32,000 nt of DNA. Origin: Idiomarina loihiensis L2TR. Lineage in GTDB: Bacteria > Pseudomonadota > Gammaproteobacteria > Enterobacterales > Alteromonadaceae. Made by a program: the position numbers and the translations under genes. The notes under the pieces were generated by a model. The model made no database searches. It saw only the letters and a list, made by a program, of their open reading frames with translations, and had not been told where the DNA came from. Positions within the stretch are counted from its first letter, which is position 1. Each line of letters opens with the position of its first letter. Positions 29,041-32,000 of the stretch are shown in pieces. The stretch spans positions 2,220,001 to 2,252,000 of the forward strand of contig NC_006512.1 in NCBI RefSeq assembly GCF_000008465.1. The letters are read 5' to 3'.

Positions 29041-29958
29041 TCAATGCGCAGAGAGCAACTGCAATAATTGGTAAACAATGGGCAAGGAAACAAAGGCAAA
29101 CAAGATACCGTAACCGACCATAGCCGCCGACAAACGCGGCGCCAGCCCAGCCATAATAGCCACTGCTCCTGCTGTGATCATAGGCGGCATAGCACTTTCA
29201 AAAATAGTCACCTGAACCAGGGTGCTGTCAAAACCGAAACCATACAATAAGCCAACGGTAATCAGGGGCATTAGAACCAGTTTCGTCAATAAACCTATCG
29301 TTAATGGTGTTTTACTGCCCTTAGGCAGGCGAAATTTCAACTGAAAACCCACGGCTATCATAATAACCGGCACTAAAGTCACCGCCAACGAGTCAATAAG
29401 CCGCTGAAAAACTTCCGGATAAACCAGAGATTTCGTTAACAACGCAATAATGAGCGCGATAAAAGGCGGGAATGTCACAATTTGACGGGTAACACTGGCC
29501 ACTGTGGGTTTATTGTCCTGCTCGCGATACAGGGCGATAACAATGGTCGAGTAAATTGCCAGACCAAAAAAGGAACCGAACTGATCGTATAACAGGCCAT
29601 AGACAATAGCGTCACTGCCATAAAAGGCTTCTATCATCGGAAAGCCAAAGAACGAAGTATTGCCCAGTGGCACACAGATAAGTAACGCGCCAACCACTTC
29701 CCGGGGCCATTTAAAAGCTCGCCCTAACAACCATATGAAAACAGCACTAAAGGCTAAGAGAACCCAGGGAATAACAACCGGAATTAGCAGATCAGTGGAA
29801 AACTCCAGAGCCGGAACTTTACTGAAAATAACGCCAGGTAAGGCAGCGTAAATAACATAGAGATTAAGAACTTGCGCGCTGTTTTCCGGGCACTTGCCGG
29901 TACGCTTGAGGATAAAACCAATAAGTAAATAGAGCCCCAATACGGCGAGGTTGATCAT
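29041..29958 (-). CDS. AEC (auxin efflux carrier) family transporter
   Basis: 305 aa with about 10 TM segments and an N-terminus typical of PF03547-type membrane transport proteins. Confidence 0.8.
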   Translation of the reverse strand: MINLAVLGLYLLIGFILKRTGKCPENSAQVLNLYVIYAALPGVIFSKVPALEFSTDLLIPVVIPWVLLAFSAVFIWLLGRAFKWPREVVGALLICVPLGNTSFFGFPMIEAFYGSDAIVYGLLYDQFGSFFGLAIYSTIVIALYREQDNKPTVASVTRQIVTFPPFIALIIALLTKSLVYPEVFQRLIDSLAVTLVPVIMIAVGFQLKFRLPKGSKTPLTIGLLTKLVLMPLITVGLLYGFGFDSTLVQVTIFESAMPPMITAGAVAIMAGLAPRLSAAMVGYGILFAFVSLPIVYQLLQLLSAH

Positions 29959-29992
29959 AGCGTACAGATAGGTTGAGAGTGACCGCTATAGT

Positions 29993-30019
29993 GTAGCCTG
30001 ACAAAGAGTGTCAGGCTAC
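29993..30019. repeat. REP-like hairpin GTAGCCTGAC-AAAGAGT-GTCAGGCTAC (10-bp stem)
   Basis: The best-formed member of the GTCAGGCTAC family. TTTTGTGTTTTT follows on the plus strand although the flanking genes are on the minus strand. It lies 27 nt past the porin stop. Confidence 0.65.
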
Positions 30020-30046
30020 TTTTGTGTTTTTCTGCAGAGGAAACGC

Positions 30047-31018
30047 TTACCAGGAAAAGTCGTGGCGAATGCCGACTGCAACAAAGTCCTGCTCAATACC
30101 TGGCGTTGCGCCGCAACCCTTGGTTGAGTACAAGCTGATGTCGCACTCACGACCCGTGTACCAGGCATAAACACGAGTATCGCCACTGAAGAAGTAATCG
30201 GCACCGACAGATAATGAAGCGTCGTTATCGGTGTCATCATCTATTGCCTGATACTGTGCTTTAAAAACCCAGTTTGCATAAGGATGAGCAGCGCTGATTA
30301 AGTAACCGTCAGAATCATTTGAGCCATTAATAGTTTCAAATTGCTGCAAAACCACACCGACTCGGGTTTTGCCAAACTTAGTAGCGCCGGTTAATTGGGT
30401 TACGTCATAACCATTCACATCACGATCAAAAGCTAACGCAGCATAATAATTGGTTTTCTTCAGCTTACTGTCACCGTACAACAGACCAAAGGAAAGACCG
30501 TCGTCAACATTGTCATTTTCTGACGCTATATAAGTAACCCCGAAACTAAAGCCTTTATAAGAAGGTGAGTAATAGGTCAAGGTGTTGTCTGGACGGTTTT
30601 CACCCTTGAATAAACTTTTCAAGTCGGCTTCAAAGTCTTTAAACTCATCAACCGAGCCTTGAGAATCCTTTAAAAAAGTATCATAACGGCCAATCATCAC
30701 TTCGCCAAAATTGCCGCGCAGGCCGACAACTTGGTTTCGATTCGTTACGGCGTCTTCTTCATCATCAGAGTCGGCTAAATCAACGCCAAACTCTATTTGA
30801 TAAAAGACTTCTAAATCGGACTCCAGTTCGCTGGCACCTTTAAAACCGAAACGTGATGAATTACTTACCACCTCAGTTTCTGAACCAAAACCATAGTCAT
30901 TACTTTGAAACGAAACATTTGCCCGGCCGTAAACCGTTAAACTGTCATCATTATTAGCGAAAGCCGAAAAGCTGGCTGCAGTGGCAGCAATCATTAACGG
31001 AACCGAGTACTTTGTCAT
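30047..31018 (-). CDS. Outer-membrane general porin (OmpC/PhoE-like beta-barrel)
   Basis: Signal peptide MTKYSVPLMIAATAASFSAFA, alternating beta-strand pattern, and a C-terminal ...GIRHDFSW aromatic terminus. The ATG at 31018 has a GAGGA SD. Confidence 0.85.
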   Translation of the reverse strand: MTKYSVPLMIAATAASFSAFANNDDSLTVYGRANVSFQSNDYGFGSETEVVSNSSRFGFKGASELESDLEVFYQIEFGVDLADSDDEEDAVTNRNQVVGLRGNFGEVMIGRYDTFLKDSQGSVDEFKDFEADLKSLFKGENRPDNTLTYYSPSYKGFSFGVTYIASENDNVDDGLSFGLLYGDSKLKKTNYYAALAFDRDVNGYDVTQLTGATKFGKTRVGVVLQQFETINGSNDSDGYLISAAHPYANWVFKAQYQAIDDDTDNDASLSVGADYFFSGDTRVYAWYTGRECDISLYSTKGCGATPGIEQDFVAVGIRHDFSW

Positions 31019-31062
31019 CATTATCCTCACAAAAAAACAAAACCTGTATAAATTTCGCGCAC

Positions 31063-31090
31063 ATTATAATGAATGAAAAAATTATTACAG
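31063..31090 (-). promoter_or_regulatory. Candidate Pho-box-type promoter of the porin gene
   Basis: The minus strand reads CTGTAATAATT TTTTCATTCAT TATAAT: two half sites 11 nt apart immediately followed by a perfect -10. The second half site is a weak match. Confidence 0.35.
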
Positions 31091-31156
31091 TTTTTTTTCG
31101 TTTTTTAGTCAATCACATGACATTATTGTTAGGATACAGTTATAAATACTCGCTTA

Positions 31157-32000
31157 TTATAAGTTTGCCATTTGCTGTTGCTGCTTATACTGACTTTTCG
31201 CGTATTTAAGCCATTGTTTTGCAGAGCGTTCCGCCCCTTCAATTTCTGCAGCCTGCTCAAAAGACTCAATAGCCTGCTCATAACGTTTCAAGTTCAGTAA
31301 CGCCATTCCTTCAGCCAGATACAAATTACCCTCGTTGTCCAGCTCACCTTTGCTAAAGGCCTGTTTCGCGTATTCTACTGCCTTTTCATTATTATCCAGT
31401 GCCAGATACAGCTGAGCTATTTGCGCCGCAAAGTTTCCGTGCTCAACCTTTTCTGACGCTTTCATATAGGCACTAATGGCTTTTTCATTTTCTTTTGCCT
31501 GAGTATAGGCCTGAGCAACAAATTTCAGGTTATCGACAGAGGCATCAACTTTGCCTTTAGACATGGCTTCCTGCATGGTTTCTGCCGCTTTGTACGGCAA
31601 TTCATTAAAGTAATAAGCCTGAGCTAACTGCCTCCACTCACTGCCTGTTTCGATATACCCCTGTTGATGCGCGGCTTCCAGTACCGCCAGCTGTTTCTCG
31701 TCCTGTTCCAACTGCGCGTAAACACCAGCCAGTTGTACCCAATACTCCGGCTTGCTGTAACTGGTCACTAAACGCTCCATGACTTTGGCAACCTGCTCTG
31801 GCTGCTCCAGCTCGTAGTGCAATGCACGTTTTAAAATCAACCAGTTTTCATCTGGTATTTTGTTTTCTGCATCGACAGCTGCAATGGCTTTATCAATTAG
31901 AGACAAAGCTTCCTGGTATTTATCAGCCTGGTAATAAGCCTGTGCTTTTAACACCCAGGCTTTACCCATCTCACCTTCTTCCGCAAGGCCTTCCCATTGG
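31157..32000 (-). CDS. Tetratricopeptide-repeat protein (C-terminal part; reading frame stays open to the right window edge)
   Basis: Repeated A-x-x-Y/A-x-A TPR-like 34-mers. The codons upstream of the ORF-track Met (31969) remain open to position 32000, so it is probably longer. Confidence 0.7.
   Translation of the reverse strand, partial: QWEGLAEEGEMGKAWVLKAQAYYQADKYQEALSLIDKAIAAVDAENKIPDENWLILKRALHYELEQPEQVAKVMERLVTSYSKPEYWVQLAGVYAQLEQDEKQLAVLEAAHQQGYIETGSEWRQLAQAYYFNELPYKAAETMQEAMSKGKVDASVDNLKFVAQAYTQAKENEKAISAYMKASEKVEHGNFAAQIAQLYLALDNNEKAVEYAKQAFSKGELDNEGNLYLAEGMALLNLKRYEQAIESFEQAAEIEGAERSAKQWLKYAKSQYKQQQQMANL

Noticed and set aside
31012-31209. 65-aa plus-strand ORF across the porin promoter region
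   Set aside because: It is an AT-rich intergenic sequence with homopolymer runs, has no SD, and overlaps two minus-strand genes at its ends.

Overview
The window looks like gammaproteobacterial chromosome, probably marine and Alteromonadales-like; that guess rests only on synteny and protein style. About 27 kb is conserved core. It runs gcvP-gcvH-gcvT (minus), a divergent LysR regulator, ubiI-ubiH-pepP-ygfB (minus), zapA and 6S RNA (ssrS), an amidohydrolase, 5-formyl-THF cyclo-ligase, rpiA-serA, a complete Pho cluster (phoU-pstB-pstA-pstC-pstS-phoR-phoB, all minus, with recognisable Pho boxes), an AEC-family transporter, a porin and a partial TPR protein. The unusual part is the left end, about 216-5330. 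It is a visibly AT-richer accessory patch between a core secreted esterase fragment and the gcvP terminator. It holds three things. First, an orphan 863-aa RloC/PrrC-like AAA_13-type ABC ATPase with a coiled-coil CxxC (zinc-hook-like) insert and an R-x3-E...H C-terminal region. Second, a 555-bp AT-rich divergent spacer containing a sigma70-like promoter whose spacer is a perfect 16-bp palindrome. Third, two unknown multi-pass membrane proteins separated by a 64-nt imperfect palindrome organised like an integron attC site. A CATAACAAG box recurs at the 3' end of three successive units, and a 27-nt direct repeat marks a decayed paralog fragment. I read this as a candidate defence or cassette island, possibly integrase-less and CALIN-like. 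No function there can be proven from sequence alone. Smaller observations in the core are a REP-like hairpin family, a 125-nt GC-rich nested inverted repeat between convergent genes, three tandem 11-mers in front of gcvP, and loss of the ssrS-ygfA linkage through an inserted convergent amidohydrolase gene. I saw no tRNA, rRNA, CRISPR array, transposase or integrase.
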